Notes under the pieces: generated by a model
Told to the model about the DNA's origin: nothing
Database searches by the model: none
The model's input: the letters and a program-made list of their open reading frames with translations, nothing else
Program-made: the position numbers and the translations under genes
Assembly (NCBI GenBank): GCA_050015795.1
Contig: JBEKAS010000001.1
Location: 2,118 to 66,117 of the forward strand
DNA from: Terracidiphilus sp.
Lineage (GTDB): Bacteria; Acidobacteriota; Terriglobia; Terriglobales; Acidobacteriaceae
Direction: 5' to 3'
Length of the DNA stretch: 64,000 nucleotides
Part shown: positions 19,602 to 29,555 of the stretch, piece by piece
Numbering within the stretch: position 1 is the stretch's first letter
How the letters are laid out: each line of letters opens with the position of its first letter

Positions 19602-22436
19602 ATGCAATTTCGCACGGGAAATGAGATACGCGAGCTGTTTCTGCGCTTCTTTGAGACGAAGGGGCACCGCCGGGTGCACTCCTCCTCGCTGGTGCCTGCC
19701 AACGATCCCACCCTGCTGTTTACCAACGCGGGAATGAACCAGTTCAAAGACCTTTTTCTGGGCGCGGAGAAGCGGGAGTACACGCGGGCGACAACTTCTC
19801 AAAAATGTGTGCGCGCGGGCGGCAAGCATAACGATTTGGAGAACGTGGGCTTTACGCGGCGGCATCATACTTTCTTCGAGATGCTGGGGAATTTTTCGTT
19901 TGGCGACTACTTCAAGCGCGATGCGATCCAGTTTGCGTGGGAGCTGGTGACGGACGAGAAGTGGTTTGGACTGCCGAAAGACCGGCTGTACGTGACGATT
20001 TTCGAGGGCGCGGAGGGGGTTCCGCGCGACGACGAGGCCGAGAAGTTCTGGCTGGAAGTGGGCGTGCCGAAGGAGCGCATCGGCGAGTACGGGCTGAAAG
20101 ATAATTTCTGGCAGATGGGCGAGACGGGGCCGTGCGGGCCGTGCAGCGAGATCTTCTACGACATGGGGATTGAGGCTGCGGAGACGCCCGGAGTGGACAA
20201 GCCATTTGGGCACGACGATGCGCGGTACGTGGAGATATGGAATCTGGTTTTTATGCAGTTCGAGCGCTCGGCCGTGGCGGATGCGGCGGGCAAGACGGCG
20301 TATAAATTGACTCCTTTGCCGAAGCCATCGATCGATACGGGGATGGGGCTCGAGCGCGTGGCGGCGGTGCTGCAGGGGAAGGTGAGCAACTTTGAGACGG
20401 ACTTGTTTACGCCGTTGATTGAGAGGGCGGCGGAATTGACGGTGCTGGGTGAGAGCAAGTCAGCGAGTCAGCGAATTAGCGAGTCGGCGGGTCAGCGAAT
20501 TGGCGAGTTGGCGAGTTGGCAAGTTGGCGAGTTGGCAGGGTTGCTGGGAAATGCGAGCTTGCGGATTATTGCGGATCATGCGCGGGCGGCGACGTTCCTT
20601 ATTAATGATGGAGTGGTGCCGTCGAACGAGGGACGCGGGTATGTGCTGCGCAAGATTATGCGGCGGGCAATCCGGCATGGGCGGCTGCTGGGGCAGGAGA
20701 AGCCGTTTTTGTTCGAGATGGTGTTTGCGGTGCGGGATCTGATGCAGGGCGCTTATCCGGAGCTGGCGGACTCGGCCACGCGCGTTGCGAAAGTTGTGGA
20801 AGCCGAGGAGAAGCAGTTCGCGCGTGTGATCGAAGTCGGCTCGGAAAATCTCGATTCAGCAATCGCGAACGCGAAGCTGCGGTTCGAAGCCTTTCCGGAC
20901 GACCTTCGCTACAGAGCAGGTTCCAAACCGCAACTCGCTGGCGATGAATGCTTCCACCTGTATGAAACGTACGGTCTACCTAGAGATTTCATTCAGGATG
21001 CATGTCGTGACGCCGGGGTCCACTTTGACGAAGAAGGCTTCGAGCGTGCTCGGGCCGAAGAGCAGGCGCGGGCGCGGGCGTCGTGGAAGGGCGGGAGCCA
21101 GAAGACGGCGAGTCCGGCGTTTCGCGATTTGCCTAAGACGGTGTTCGTGGGCTACCGGCAACTGACTTCGACGAATTGCGAAGTGCTGGCGATTGTGAAG
21201 GGCGGCGTGGGCGTGCCGGCGGCCAGGGCGGGCGACGAAGTGGAGGTCGTCCTCGACCACACGAGTTTTTATGGAGACTCGGGCGGACAGGTGGGGGATT
21301 TAGGTCTTTTTCTGACGGTGGACGGAAATTCTACGGTCGCCGAAATCGTTGGCTGCGTGCTGCCGGTGCAGGGCGTGAGGGCGCACAAGGCGATTCTGAA
21401 ACAAGAGCTGGCCGTGGGCGACCTGGTGGCGACGCAAGTGAACGGAGAGCGGAGAGACGCGATCAAGCGCAATCACACGGGCACGCACCTGCTGCACGCG
21501 GCGCTGCGGCAGGTTCTGGGAACGCACGTGAAGCAGGCGGGTTCGGCGGTGCACCCGGATCGGCTGCGGTTCGATTTCTCGCACTTTGCGCAGGTGGCGG
21601 ACGAGGAGTTGCAGGAGATTGAGGACATTGTGAACCGCGAAGTTCTCAAAAACGCCAAAGTCGAGACGCTGGAAGACGTGCCGATCGACGTGGCGGTGAG
21701 TGAGTACCACGCGATGGCGCTGTTCGGCGAAAAGTATGGCGACAAGGTGAGGGTGGTGCGGCTGGCGGATGGTTTTTCGACGGAGCTATGCGGCGGGACG
21801 CACACGGCGGCGACGGGCGAGATCGGGCTGTTCAAGCTGACAGGCGAGGAGTCGGTTTCTTCGGGGGTGCGCAGGATTGAGGCCATCAGCGGGATGGGGT
21901 CGCTGGATACGTTCCGGCGCGACTTTGAGCTGGCGCAGGTGGCGGGGCAATTTGTGCCTTCTGTCGAGAATTTGACCGAGGGGTTGAAGGCGAAGTTTGC
22001 GGCGCAGGAGGACGAGCTGAAGCGGCTGCGGCGCGAGATTGAAGAGATGCGCATGAAGTCGGCGGCCGGGGGCCTCGATGAGGCTGTGGCGCGCGCCGTG
22101 GATGTTGGTGGCGTGAAGGTGTTGACGCATCGCGCCGATGGGCTGGAGCGCGGGCAACTGCGGACGCTGGTGGACAACTTGAAGGGGAAGCTGGGCGAGG
22201 GCGTGGTGGTGCTGGGTTCGGCGCAGCCGGAGGGTAAGGTGGCGATGATCGCGGGCGTGACGCCGGGACTGACGAAGCGCATTCAAGCCGGGAAATTGGT
22301 GGGTGCGGTGGCGAAGCTGGTGGGTGGATCGGGCGGCGGCAAGCCGGAGATTGCCGAGGCCGGCGGCAAGGATCAGGCGCAAATTGACGCGGCGCTTAAG
22401 GCCGCACCGGGAATTGTGGGCGAACTGCTGGGATAG
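19602..22436 (+). CDS. alaS: Alanine--tRNA ligase
   Basis: [49 protein letters not shown] and GGSGGGK. True start is ATG 19602. Confidence 0.97.
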   Translation: MQFRTGNEIRELFLRFFETKGHRRVHSSSLVPANDPTLLFTNAGMNQFKDLFLGAEKREYTRATTSQKCVRAGGKHNDLENVGFTRRHHTFFEMLGNFSFGDYFKRDAIQFAWELVTDEKWFGLPKDRLYVTIFEGAEGVPRDDEAEKFWLEVGVPKERIGEYGLKDNFWQMGETGPCGPCSEIFYDMGIEAAETPGVDKPFGHDDARYVEIWNLVFMQFERSAVADAAGKTAYKLTPLPKPSIDTGMGLERVAAVLQGKVSNFETDLFTPLIERAAELTVLGESKSASQRISESAGQRIGELASWQVGELAGLLGNASLRIIADHARAATFLINDGVVPSNEGRGYVLRKIMRRAIRHGRLLGQEKPFLFEMVFAVRDLMQGAYPELADSATRVAKVVEAEEKQFARVIEVGSENLDSAIANAKLRFEAFPDDLRYRAGSKPQLAGDECFHLYETYGLPRDFIQDACRDAGVHFDEEGFERARAEEQARARASWKGGSQKTASPAFRDLPKTVFVGYRQLTSTNCEVLAIVKGGVGVPAARAGDEVEVVLDHTSFYGDSGGQVGDLGLFLTVDGNSTVAEIVGCVLPVQGVRAHKAILKQELAVGDLVATQVNGERRDAIKRNHTGTHLLHAALRQVLGTHVKQAGSAVHPDRLRFDFSHFAQVADEELQEIEDIVNREVLKNAKVETLEDVPIDVAVSEYHAMALFGEKYGDKVRVVRLADGFSTELCGGTHTAATGEIGLFKLTGEESVSSGVRRIEAISGMGSLDTFRRDFELAQVAGQFVPSVENLTEGLKAKFAAQEDELKRLRREIEEMRMKSAAGGLDEAVARAVDVGGVKVLTHRADGLERGQLRTLVDNLKGKLGEGVVVLGSAQPEGKVAMIAGVTPGLTKRIQAGKLVGAVAKLVGGSGGGKPEIAEAGGKDQAQIDAALKAAPGIVGELLG
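20459..20538. repeat. Ten-unit octamer array (GTCAGCGA drifting to GTTGGCGA), in frame in alaS
   Basis: Encodes [26 protein letters not shown], between the AELT and SLRIIADH motifs. Confidence 0.85.
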
Positions 22437-22472
22437 TGCTGATCTTTGGCGCGGATGCCGTAGTCTTTTTCC

Positions 22473-23585
22473 ATGGCGAGATTTGAAGAGGATCCCGCGA
22501 AAATTGCCGCGCTACGCCGGCGATTGCTGGAGTGGTACGCGCAGCATCAGCGCAATCTGCCGTGGCGGCAGAGTTCGAATCCCTACGCAATCTGGGTTTC
22601 GGAGATCATGCTGCAGCAGACGCGCGCAGCCGTGGTCGCGGATCGCTACCAGGAATTCATGGAGCGGTTTCCGACGCTGATCGCGCTGGCGCTGGCTCCC
22701 GAACAGGATGTGCTGGCGCTGTGGAGCGGCCTGGGCTACTACCGGCGGGCGCGCATGCTGCACAAGGCCGCACAGTTTGTGGCTTCGCACATGGGAGGGA
22801 ATTTGCCGGCGCGGGCGGAGGAGTTGCGCGCACTGCCGGGGATTGGTGCGTATACCGCCGCGGCGGTGGCGAGCATTGCATACGGCGAGCCGGTGGCCGT
22901 GGTGGATGGCAACGTGGATCGCGTGCTTTGCCGGCTGGCGGGCTGGGAGGCGGGCAGCCGCAAGGGCGGAGGGGCAACACTGCGGCACAAGATTGTGGAT
23001 CTGGCGGGGCGGCTGCTCGATCGCGCGCGGCCGGGCGATTTCAACCAGGCCATCATGGAGCTGGGCGCAACGGTGTGCGCGCCGCGCAATCCGCAATGCC
23101 CGGTGTGCCCGCTGGCCGTTGATTGCAAAACGCGCGGCGAGCACAAGACACCGCGGCGGGCGCCGATGATGAGCCGCGCCGTGGGCTACGCGCTTTCGGT
23201 ACGGACGGAATCGGCAGCGGGAAAGCAGTGCGGACCGGGTGGGCGCGAGGTGCTTTTGGAGCAGCGGCCGGCGCAGCAGACGGTGATGCCGGGCATGTGG
23301 GAGCTGCCGATGCTTGTTCGCTCTGACGTGCCGCAGAAGGATCTGCGCATGACGCTGCGCCACGCCATCATGCAGGTGAATTACTACGTGCGCATCCGGA
23401 CGGTGTTTGAGGACGATAACGAGTCCATGACGATGGCGGGCGGGGAGCGCCGCTGGGTGCCGCTGCGCGAAGCAGCAGGGATGGCGCTGACGGGACTGGC
23501 GCGCAAGGTGCTGACGCGCGCGCATTTGTTGCCGGCTCCGCCGCTGGATAGCTTTGCGCCGAGTGCAGCCAAAGAGATACGGTGA
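22473..23585 (+). CDS. mutY: A/G-specific adenine glycosylase
   Basis: WVSEIMLQQT, WSGLGYYRRAR, LPGIGAYTA, VDGNV and the 4Fe-4S motif C-x6-C-x2-C-x5-C. Confidence 0.92.
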   Translation: MARFEEDPAKIAALRRRLLEWYAQHQRNLPWRQSSNPYAIWVSEIMLQQTRAAVVADRYQEFMERFPTLIALALAPEQDVLALWSGLGYYRRARMLHKAAQFVASHMGGNLPARAEELRALPGIGAYTAAAVASIAYGEPVAVVDGNVDRVLCRLAGWEAGSRKGGGATLRHKIVDLAGRLLDRARPGDFNQAIMELGATVCAPRNPQCPVCPLAVDCKTRGEHKTPRRAPMMSRAVGYALSVRTESAAGKQCGPGGREVLLEQRPAQQTVMPGMWELPMLVRSDVPQKDLRMTLRHAIMQVNYYVRIRTVFEDDNESMTMAGGERRWVPLREAAGMALTGLARKVLTRAHLLPAPPLDSFAPSAAKEIR

Positions 23586-23616
23586 AAACGGTCGGTGCGT
23601 GTGAATCGCGTGTTCT

Positions 23617-23683
23617 CCCACCCTTTTGCCCAAAAATTTGGCGAAAGGATGGGGGCACGGGAAGGTTCCTCTTCATGCGGTCA
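23617..23683. repeat. REP-like hairpin, CCCACCC...GATGGGGCAC family, with extension
   Basis: Matches 6196-6261, 11905-11943 and 28045-28083. Confidence 0.75.
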
Positions 23684-23794
23684 AAGTCCGAGCCGGATTC
23701 TATATGTCGATACAGCCCAGAAACCCAGCCTGCATGATCTGGTGATCTAAATCACAAGACTTTGCATCTAAACAAAGCGTTTACGTGAATTCTA

Positions 23795-23822
23795 TTGACA
23801 ATTGACGTGCGCAACATAGATT
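23795..23822 (+). promoter_or_regulatory. Putative sigma70-type promoter of the receptor gene
   Basis: TTGACA-N16-TAGATT in an AT-rich stretch 140 bp upstream of the ATG. Confidence 0.4.
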
Positions 23823-23961
23823 GTTTGCAAGAATCAAATCCTCCATCGCATGTCTTCGCGAAGGCGCGACCCCCAACCCGCTCATGAACGGTGACATTCA
23901 GCGCAGCCACGCCGCTGCGCATGCGAGGAGGAGCCTAATTTCGATCCGAGGAGAAATTGTC

Positions 23962-26900
23962 ATGCGTCGCTTCGCGATCTGCTTTCTTTTGATGGTTCTG
24001 GCGGCCAGTGCCAGGGCGCAATTCGATACAGCAACCATTCTTGGAACCGTGACCGATCCCAGCGGGGCAGTGGTTGCGCACGGCAATGTGGTGTTGCACA
24101 ACACGGCAACGGCGGTGGAGCAGACGGCCGTAACCGACGACCGGGGAGAGTTCCGGTTCGTGGACGTCTCGATTGGCTCCTATGAGCTGAAAGTGACGGC
24201 ACAGGGGTTTCAGGGGGCTGCAGCCAAGTTCGATCTGACGGTGGGCGCGCGGCAGCGCGTGGATGTGCAACTGAAATTGGCCACGGTGAGCACGTCAGTG
24301 ATAGCCACGGCGGAAGCCGCGCAACTCGATACCGATTCGAGCGAGCACGGCCAGGTGGTGGCGGCGCGGGAGATTGCCGCATTGCCGCTCAATGGCCGCA
24401 ATTACTCTCAGTTAGTCGAACTCTCCACAGGCGTGGTTCCGAGCCCGAGCAACCTGTCGGATAGCTACGGTTCTCGTGAAGGCGCGTTCAACATCAACGG
24501 GCTGCGCAGCGTGTACACCAACTACCTCCTCGACGGCGTGGACAACAACTTCTACGGCACCTCGAACCAGGGCTTCAGCAACGAGGTGGTGCAGCTGGCG
24601 CCGGATTCGGTAGCTGAATTCCGCGTGGTGACCAACAATGAAAGCGCGGAGTATGGCCGCGCGGGCGGGGCCACGATCAACGTGGTTACCAAGTACGGCA
24701 CCAACGAATTGCACGGGGGCGCTTGGGAGTACCTGCGCAACACGAATCTGGACGCAGAGGGCTTCTTCAAGCCTGACGTGGGCGGCAAGCCGGCCTTGCA
24801 CCGCAACCAGTTCGGTGGCAACTTCGGCGGCCCGATCAAGAAAGACAAGCTCTTCTACTTCCTCGATTACGAGGGTTATCGCCAGACTTCATCCTCCACG
24901 GACCAGAATCAGCTGCCCTCGTGCGCGGAACGCGGCCAGGCCGGCACCACGGCGTGCGGCGCGGCGCTGGGCTACTATCTGATCGACAATACCGACACGG
25001 GAACCGCAAATCCGTCTGGCGCGCCCTATCTGCCGGTTAGCAACCCCTGTAACTACAATGCGGGCAAGAACCCGTGCAACTCTTCGACCTTTTTCGGTCT
25101 CGGCCTCGGCGCAGGCGGTTCCGCGTATCAGGCGGCCGTAGGCGGAACGCAGTACCTCAACGGCGAGATTCCGGCTTCAGCCGTGATTCCCTTTGCCGCA
25201 TCGTCGAACGGAGGGCTTCTGTCGTACCTGCCCAGCCCGACCAATACCAACTCGTTCAACAGCTCCTTCCCATACAACTACATCGTTCTTGATCCTCAGA
25301 CCTACGACAAAGACAAAGGCGATGCCAAGATCGACTGGACTCCAAGTGAAAAGATGCATCTTTTTGTCCGCTACTCGCAAAGCCGCGAGAACGTCGTCGA
25401 TCAGGGCAGCATCCCCGGCGTAGCCGGCGACAATGGCGACGGCCAGGTGTACGCGCCCATCAAGGCGATTGACGCCGGAGCCACCTGGACCATTAACCCG
25501 GTGTCGGTGCTCGAAGCCCGCTTCGGCTTCTCGCAGATGCTGGCCGGAAAGAAGCCGATCCAGGCCGGCGGCCCCTCGATGCAGACGTTGTTCAACATCC
25601 CCGGTCTGCCCACCGATCCGCAATACACCGGCGGCGTTACCTATGAATACTTCATCGATGGCGGATGGACCAGCCTGGGCCGCCTGTGGACCAGCCCGCA
25701 GTATCAAAACCCGACCATGTGGGATCCCAAGGCCAATTACACGCGGCTGATTGGGAGTCACAGCCTCAAGGCCGGCGTCGAGTATCAGATGCTGCACGTG
25801 GCTCAACAGGATCTGCATCCTGTGATGGGCGGAAACGTCTACACCGAGCCAGCCTATGGAGCAGGCTATGGCTTTTACAACAAGCTCTATGGTCCTCTTA
25901 CCGGACCTGTGACATCTGAGAATACCCGCATGTTCGACTATGCCAACTTCCTGCTCGGCTACCAGGCCGAAATGGGCCTCGCCAGCCCCACCGTCAGCCA
26001 ACTTCGCAGTTGGGGCTGGGCCGGCTATCTGCAGGACGACTGGAGGGCGACCCGCCAGCTTACCTTGAACATGGGCCTGCGCTACGAGTTCAACACACCC
26101 ATCTACGAAGCCAACAATCAACTCGCCAACTTTAATCCCACAACCCAATCCATTGTGCCGGCGACCTCGGGCAACAGATATACGATCAATCCGAACACTG
26201 CGGATTTTGGGCCGCGGTTTGGCGCATCCTACGAAGTGGACGACAAGACGGTAGTACGCGGCGGTTACGGCATCAGCTACTCGCACTGGAACCGCGTCGG
26301 CTCCAACTACCTCAGCATGAACCCGCCCAACGGCGTGGTCGCGCTGCAGGTGTCGATTCCCGGCACGGGCCTCTACAACAACGTTCAAAGCGGCTTTCCT
26401 GCCAATATGGTCAGCCCCACGAATTACAACCCGGCGTTCGATACGCTGCAATACATGCCTCCCAATTCGCCCGATACGCAGGTCCGCAGCTGGTTCTTCG
26501 GCGTGCAGCGCGACCTGACTCACAGCTGGCTGGTCGATCTTTCTTACGTCGGCAATTACGGACTCAACGAGATCATTGTGAACGACATCAACCAGGCCCC
26601 GACTGGCGGTGCGCTTCCGCTCGACCTCGCCGCGGAGGCCGGTGTGGCCACGTACCCGGTGCGCGTTCCGTATGCAAACTTCAGCATGATCGCCGGCATC
26701 CTGCCCTGGGCCTATTCCGACTACGATGGCCTGCAAGCCAAGGTGGAGAAGAGATTCTCGAACGGGCTTTACTTTCTGGAATCCTTCACCTGGTCCAAGG
26801 CTATCGACATCGCCCCGCAGGCTCTCGACGGCGGCGGCAATTGCGACAATTGCGGCAACGGCATTCCCTCGGTGCAGAATATCTATAACGTCGGGGCCGA

Positions 26901-27543
26901 CCGTGGGATTTCAGCGTATAACCACCCCTTCGTCAACACCACCACAGCGGTCTGGTCGCTGCCGGTCGGCAAGGGCCAGTGGCTGCTGCCGAACGCGAAC
27001 CGTGCATTGGATACCATTCTCGGCGGTTGGCAGGCTACCGGGATCGTGTCGGGGCGCAGCGGCGACCCGCTCGATTTTGACTATCGCCCAGGCCCCACCA
27101 GCGACCAGTCGGTCTCACCGCTTACCCCTGTCGACGGCCGCAACGCCTACCGGCCTAACATAAGCGGTCCCGCCATCGCGTCGAACAAGTCCTACCTGCA
27201 GTACTTGAACGTGACGAGCTTCAGCGCCCCGCCTACGGCGCCTCCGGCCGGCAGCATCACTTACAACAGTTTCGGTGACATGCCGAGGAATGCAATTCGT
27301 GGATACGACTACTGGGATGTCGATATGGGCCTGAGCAAGGATTTCGCGATCACGGAAAGATCCCACTTCCAGCTCCGGGCCGAGGCGTTCAACCTCTTCA
27401 ACCACACCAATTTCGGCGATCCGAATACGCAAGTGCCGGATACGGGGGCAGCGCTGGTTCAGGGGCAGACCGGCAGCTTCGGCGTGATCTCATCAGCGCT
27501 TCCGGCGCGCGAGCTGCAGGTGGCCGGGAAGATCGTCTTCTAA
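23962..27543 (+). CDS. TonB-dependent-receptor-like outer membrane protein with carboxypeptidase-regulatory-like N-domain (Oar type)
   Basis: Signal peptide, ILGTVTDPSGAVV, LPLNGRNY, RNQFGGNFGGPI, FQLRAEAFNLFNHTNF and a terminal aromatic residue. GAGGAG RBS. Confidence 0.9.
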   Translation: MRRFAICFLLMVLAASARAQFDTATILGTVTDPSGAVVAHGNVVLHNTATAVEQTAVTDDRGEFRFVDVSIGSYELKVTAQGFQGAAAKFDLTVGARQRVDVQLKLATVSTSVIATAEAAQLDTDSSEHGQVVAAREIAALPLNGRNYSQLVELSTGVVPSPSNLSDSYGSREGAFNINGLRSVYTNYLLDGVDNNFYGTSNQGFSNEVVQLAPDSVAEFRVVTNNESAEYGRAGGATINVVTKYGTNELHGGAWEYLRNTNLDAEGFFKPDVGGKPALHRNQFGGNFGGPIKKDKLFYFLDYEGYRQTSSSTDQNQLPSCAERGQAGTTACGAALGYYLIDNTDTGTANPSGAPYLPVSNPCNYNAGKNPCNSSTFFGLGLGAGGSAYQAAVGGTQYLNGEIPASAVIPFAASSNGGLLSYLPSPTNTNSFNSSFPYNYIVLDPQTYDKDKGDAKIDWTPSEKMHLFVRYSQSRENVVDQGSIPGVAGDNGDGQVYAPIKAIDAGATWTINPVSVLEARFGFSQMLAGKKPIQAGGPSMQTLFNIPGLPTDPQYTGGVTYEYFIDGGWTSLGRLWTSPQYQNPTMWDPKANYTRLIGSHSLKAGVEYQMLHVAQQDLHPVMGGNVYTEPAYGAGYGFYNKLYGPLTGPVTSENTRMFDYANFLLGYQAEMGLASPTVSQLRSWGWAGYLQDDWRATRQLTLNMGLRYEFNTPIYEANNQLANFNPTTQSIVPATSGNRYTINPNTADFGPRFGASYEVDDKTVVRGGYGISYSHWNRVGSNYLSMNPPNGVVALQVSIPGTGLYNNVQSGFPANMVSPTNYNPAFDTLQYMPPNSPDTQVRSWFFGVQRDLTHSWLVDLSYVGNYGLNEIIVNDINQAPTGGALPLDLAAEAGVATYPVRVPYANFSMIAGILPWAYSDYDGLQAKVEKRFSNGLYFLESFTWSKAIDIAPQALDGGGNCDNCGNGIPSVQNIYNVGADRGISAYNHPFVNTTTAVWSLPVGKGQWLLPNANRALDTILGGWQATGIVSGRSGDPLDFDYRPGPTSDQSVSPLTPVDGRNAYRPNISGPAIASNKSYLQYLNVTSFSAPPTAPPAGSITYNSFGDMPRNAIRGYDYWDVDMGLSKDFAITERSHFQLRAEAFNLFNHTNFGDPNTQVPDTGAALVQGQTGSFGVISSALPARELQVAGKIVF

Positions 27544-27582
27544 GGGTTTACGGCGACTGCCGCAAACCTTAAGCCTGTGCGT

Positions 27583-27613
27583 GAAGGCCTCTTCTCAAAA
27601 GGAAGAGGCCTTC
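27583..27613. terminator. Perfect 12-bp stem hairpin between convergent genes
   Basis: gaaggcctcttc-tcaaaag-gaagaggccttc. Confidence 0.6.
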
Positions 27614-27643
27614 GTGTATGGATCGGGATCCGGCAGGGGCTTA

Positions 27644-27937
27644 TCAGTAATAGTCGGCGCAGCTGAGGTAGTAGCCGCAGTGGGTGCAGACCAGCTTGCA
27701 GCGGTGGCCGGTAAGGCGATGACCGCAGGTGGGGCAGACCTGGCAGTGGTGATCGATACGGGCATCGACGGGGGCGTCGGCGGGTTGCGCGTCAGTCGCG
27801 TCAATGCCGGCGTGGGGGCCGGCGAGGGGAGGGTCCGCGCCGGGCGGGGCGGAGCCGGACACACCACTTTGTGAGATTTCCGATGCGGAATCGGCGGGAA
27901 AGTCGGAAATCAGGGCGCGGGGCCGCTCCGGTAACAT
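27644..27937 (-). CDS. Small Cys-rich zinc-ribbon protein (start uncertain: 27937 or 27862)
   Basis: C-terminus [33 protein letters not shown] has two CxxC pairs plus further Cys. Confidence 0.6.
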   Translation of the reverse strand: MLPERPRALISDFPADSASEISQSGVSGSAPPGADPPLAGPHAGIDATDAQPADAPVDARIDHHCQVCPTCGHRLTGHRCKLVCTHCGYYLSCADYY

Positions 27938-28044
27938 GGGGGACAGATTAGCATAGAGATGAAGCTGCCTGCGCGACGCGATACGGGCAGGCGTTCGAGA
28001 GCTTGAGCCGGTTCCAGGATCGATGTACCCAGGCTTTTTGCTTT

Positions 28045-28083
28045 CCCACCCTTTTCGCAAAAAGCGCGAAAAGGATGGGGCAC
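28045..28083. repeat. REP-like hairpin, CCCACCC...GATGGGGCAC family
   Basis: cccacccttttcgcaaaaagcgcgaaaaggatggggcac. Confidence 0.75.
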
Positions 28084-28211
28084 GGATGCGATGGGTATAG
28101 CTATTGTGGAGTTGCCTTAACAGCAAGAACGGCGCCCCGGTATTCCCCGAAGAACCCGCGCCGAACGCCCCAACACAACCACCGGATTCTTGAATCCCCC
28201 AAGGAGGGACT

Positions 28212-28643
28212 ATGGCAAGCAAGGCAAGTGCGGTTTGGACAGGTTCACTGAAGGAAGGCAAGGGCACGATCTCGACGGCGACGGGCGTGCTCAACAACGC
28301 CAACTATTCGTTCGCCACGCGGTTTGAGGGCGCTGCCAGCGGCACCACCCCCGAGGAACTGATTGCGGCGGCTCACGCGAGCTGCTTCTCAATGGCTCTG
28401 GGCGCACAACTGGGCGGCGCGGGCCTGACGCCCAACAGCATCGAAACTCAGGCGGCCGTGACCCTGGCCAAGGTGGATGCGGGCTTTGCGATCACGAAGA
28501 TCGCGCTGACCACCACCGCCAGCGTTCCCGGCGCCACCAAGGAAGTTTTCGACAAGGCGGCTGCCGACGCCAAGGCCGGCTGCCCAATCTCGAAGCTGTT
28601 TGCGAACAACACGGAGATCACGCTCGACGCGAAATTGGTTTAG
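28212..28643 (+). CDS. osmC: OsmC-family peroxiredoxin
   Basis: [34 protein letters not shown] and [18 protein letters not shown]. Confidence 0.92.
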   Translation: MASKASAVWTGSLKEGKGTISTATGVLNNANYSFATRFEGAASGTTPEELIAAAHASCFSMALGAQLGGAGLTPNSIETQAAVTLAKVDAGFAITKIALTTTASVPGATKEVFDKAAADAKAGCPISKLFANNTEITLDAKLV

Positions 28644-28803
28644 ACGCGGGGCTGGCGCACGCGCGGATCGGATGGAGAGGCCGGGGCGAGAGGCCCCGGT
28701 CGCAACTCGTTGAGTATGCTGGCGGTATTTGACACCACGTTCCGCATTTGCGAGACTCAAAGTTGCTGCCTGCTCAGCGCATCCTGCCTGAGCGGTCTCC
28801 CGT

Positions 28804-28890
28804 GCCGAAGTGGCGGAATTGGCAGACGCGCGTGGTTCAGGTCCACGTACTCGCAAGGGTGTGGGGGTTCGAGTCCCTTCTTCGGCACCA
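28804..28890 (+). tRNA. tRNA-Leu(CAG)
   Basis: Acceptor stem GCCGAAG/CTTCGGC, D-loop GGAATTGGCAGAC, anticodon stem CGTGG-ttCAGgt-CCACG, long variable arm, GTTCGAGTCCC T-arm and encoded CCA. Confidence 0.97.
28873..28890 (+). repeat. attL: 18-bp core (tRNA 3' end)
   Basis: gtcccttcttcggcacca is identical to 54129-54146. Confidence 0.88.
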
Positions 28891-28913
28891 TAAGATTCTA
28901 AGTTGAATAGAAT

Positions 28914-28933
28914 GAGCCGCCTCCGGGTGGCTC
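28914..28933 (+). terminator. Hairpin downstream of the tRNA
   Basis: gagccgcc-tccg-ggtggctc, 24 nt after the CCA. Confidence 0.45.
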
Positions 28934-29130
28934 TAATCGTTTAGTTAGGTATTAGTTAGGCGAATCGGCATAGATATCCCGCGCGCCGCCCAATTGCCTG
29001 TTTCTCGACCGGGGATTATCGCGCGACGCCGCGCGACAGAGTGGGAAATGGAGATTGTTCTCGGGATCAAACCCCGGAAGCAGTCTCACAAAATAATCAG
29101 GCTGGAAGTTAGGCACCGCAAGGCGATCTA

Positions 29131-29286
29131 GATACCAAAAGCGGCGCAGAGACGATCATGCCCGACCCTCCTGCGGGAGTGGAAGTCTCCATCCGTTCGG
29201 GAGATGGGAAGCGCATATGGATATTTGCCAACTACGCGAGTGGACCGTGCTCCGTCACATTGCCACGTGCCATGAGAAATGTGCTT
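29131..29286 (+). pseudogene. Possible remnant of a GH42 beta-galactosidase C-terminal domain
   Basis: PAGVEVSIRSGDGKRIWIFANY...VTLPRAMRNVL resembles that domain by eye. It is cut by the IS3 remnant. Confidence 0.4.
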
Positions 29287-29293
29287 GGCTGTG

Positions 29294-29460
29294 AACTTCG
29301 ACCACCGTCTCGCCCGATTCCGCTTCGCGAAGCACCCGCAGAATCTCCTCTTCACTGTGTCCGCGCTTGCCCATTTCCTGGTCTCCTCCCCTCTTCATGG
29401 GACCACGAAAGGTCGCAATCTCTCAACTTCAAAACGGCCTAGTTTTCGGGTTTTGGGTCA
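29294..29460 (-). mobile_element. IS3-family remnant (left end plus first 27 codons of OrfA)
   Basis: End TGACCCAAAACCCGAAAACTAGG, RBS GGAGGAG, then MGKRGHSEEEILRVLREAESGETVVEV, truncated before the HTH recognition helix. Confidence 0.75.
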
Positions 29461-29555
29461 CATGGTGCGCTCTGCGCCTATCCAGAGATTTCTTTATTTT
29501 CTGCACTAGGCGAATGCCGAAGGCGGAGCAACGGCAAGAAGAGCTCATGTGGGTT

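Noticed and set aside
20830-20940. Intein or mobile insertion in alaS
   Set aside because: Too short, with no C/S...HN splice motifs. It corresponds to a normally variable helical region.
27938-28303. N-terminal part of the 219-aa ORF 27644-28303
   Set aside because: It runs through the start of osmC on the other strand and a REP hairpin; only the Cys-rich end looks coding.
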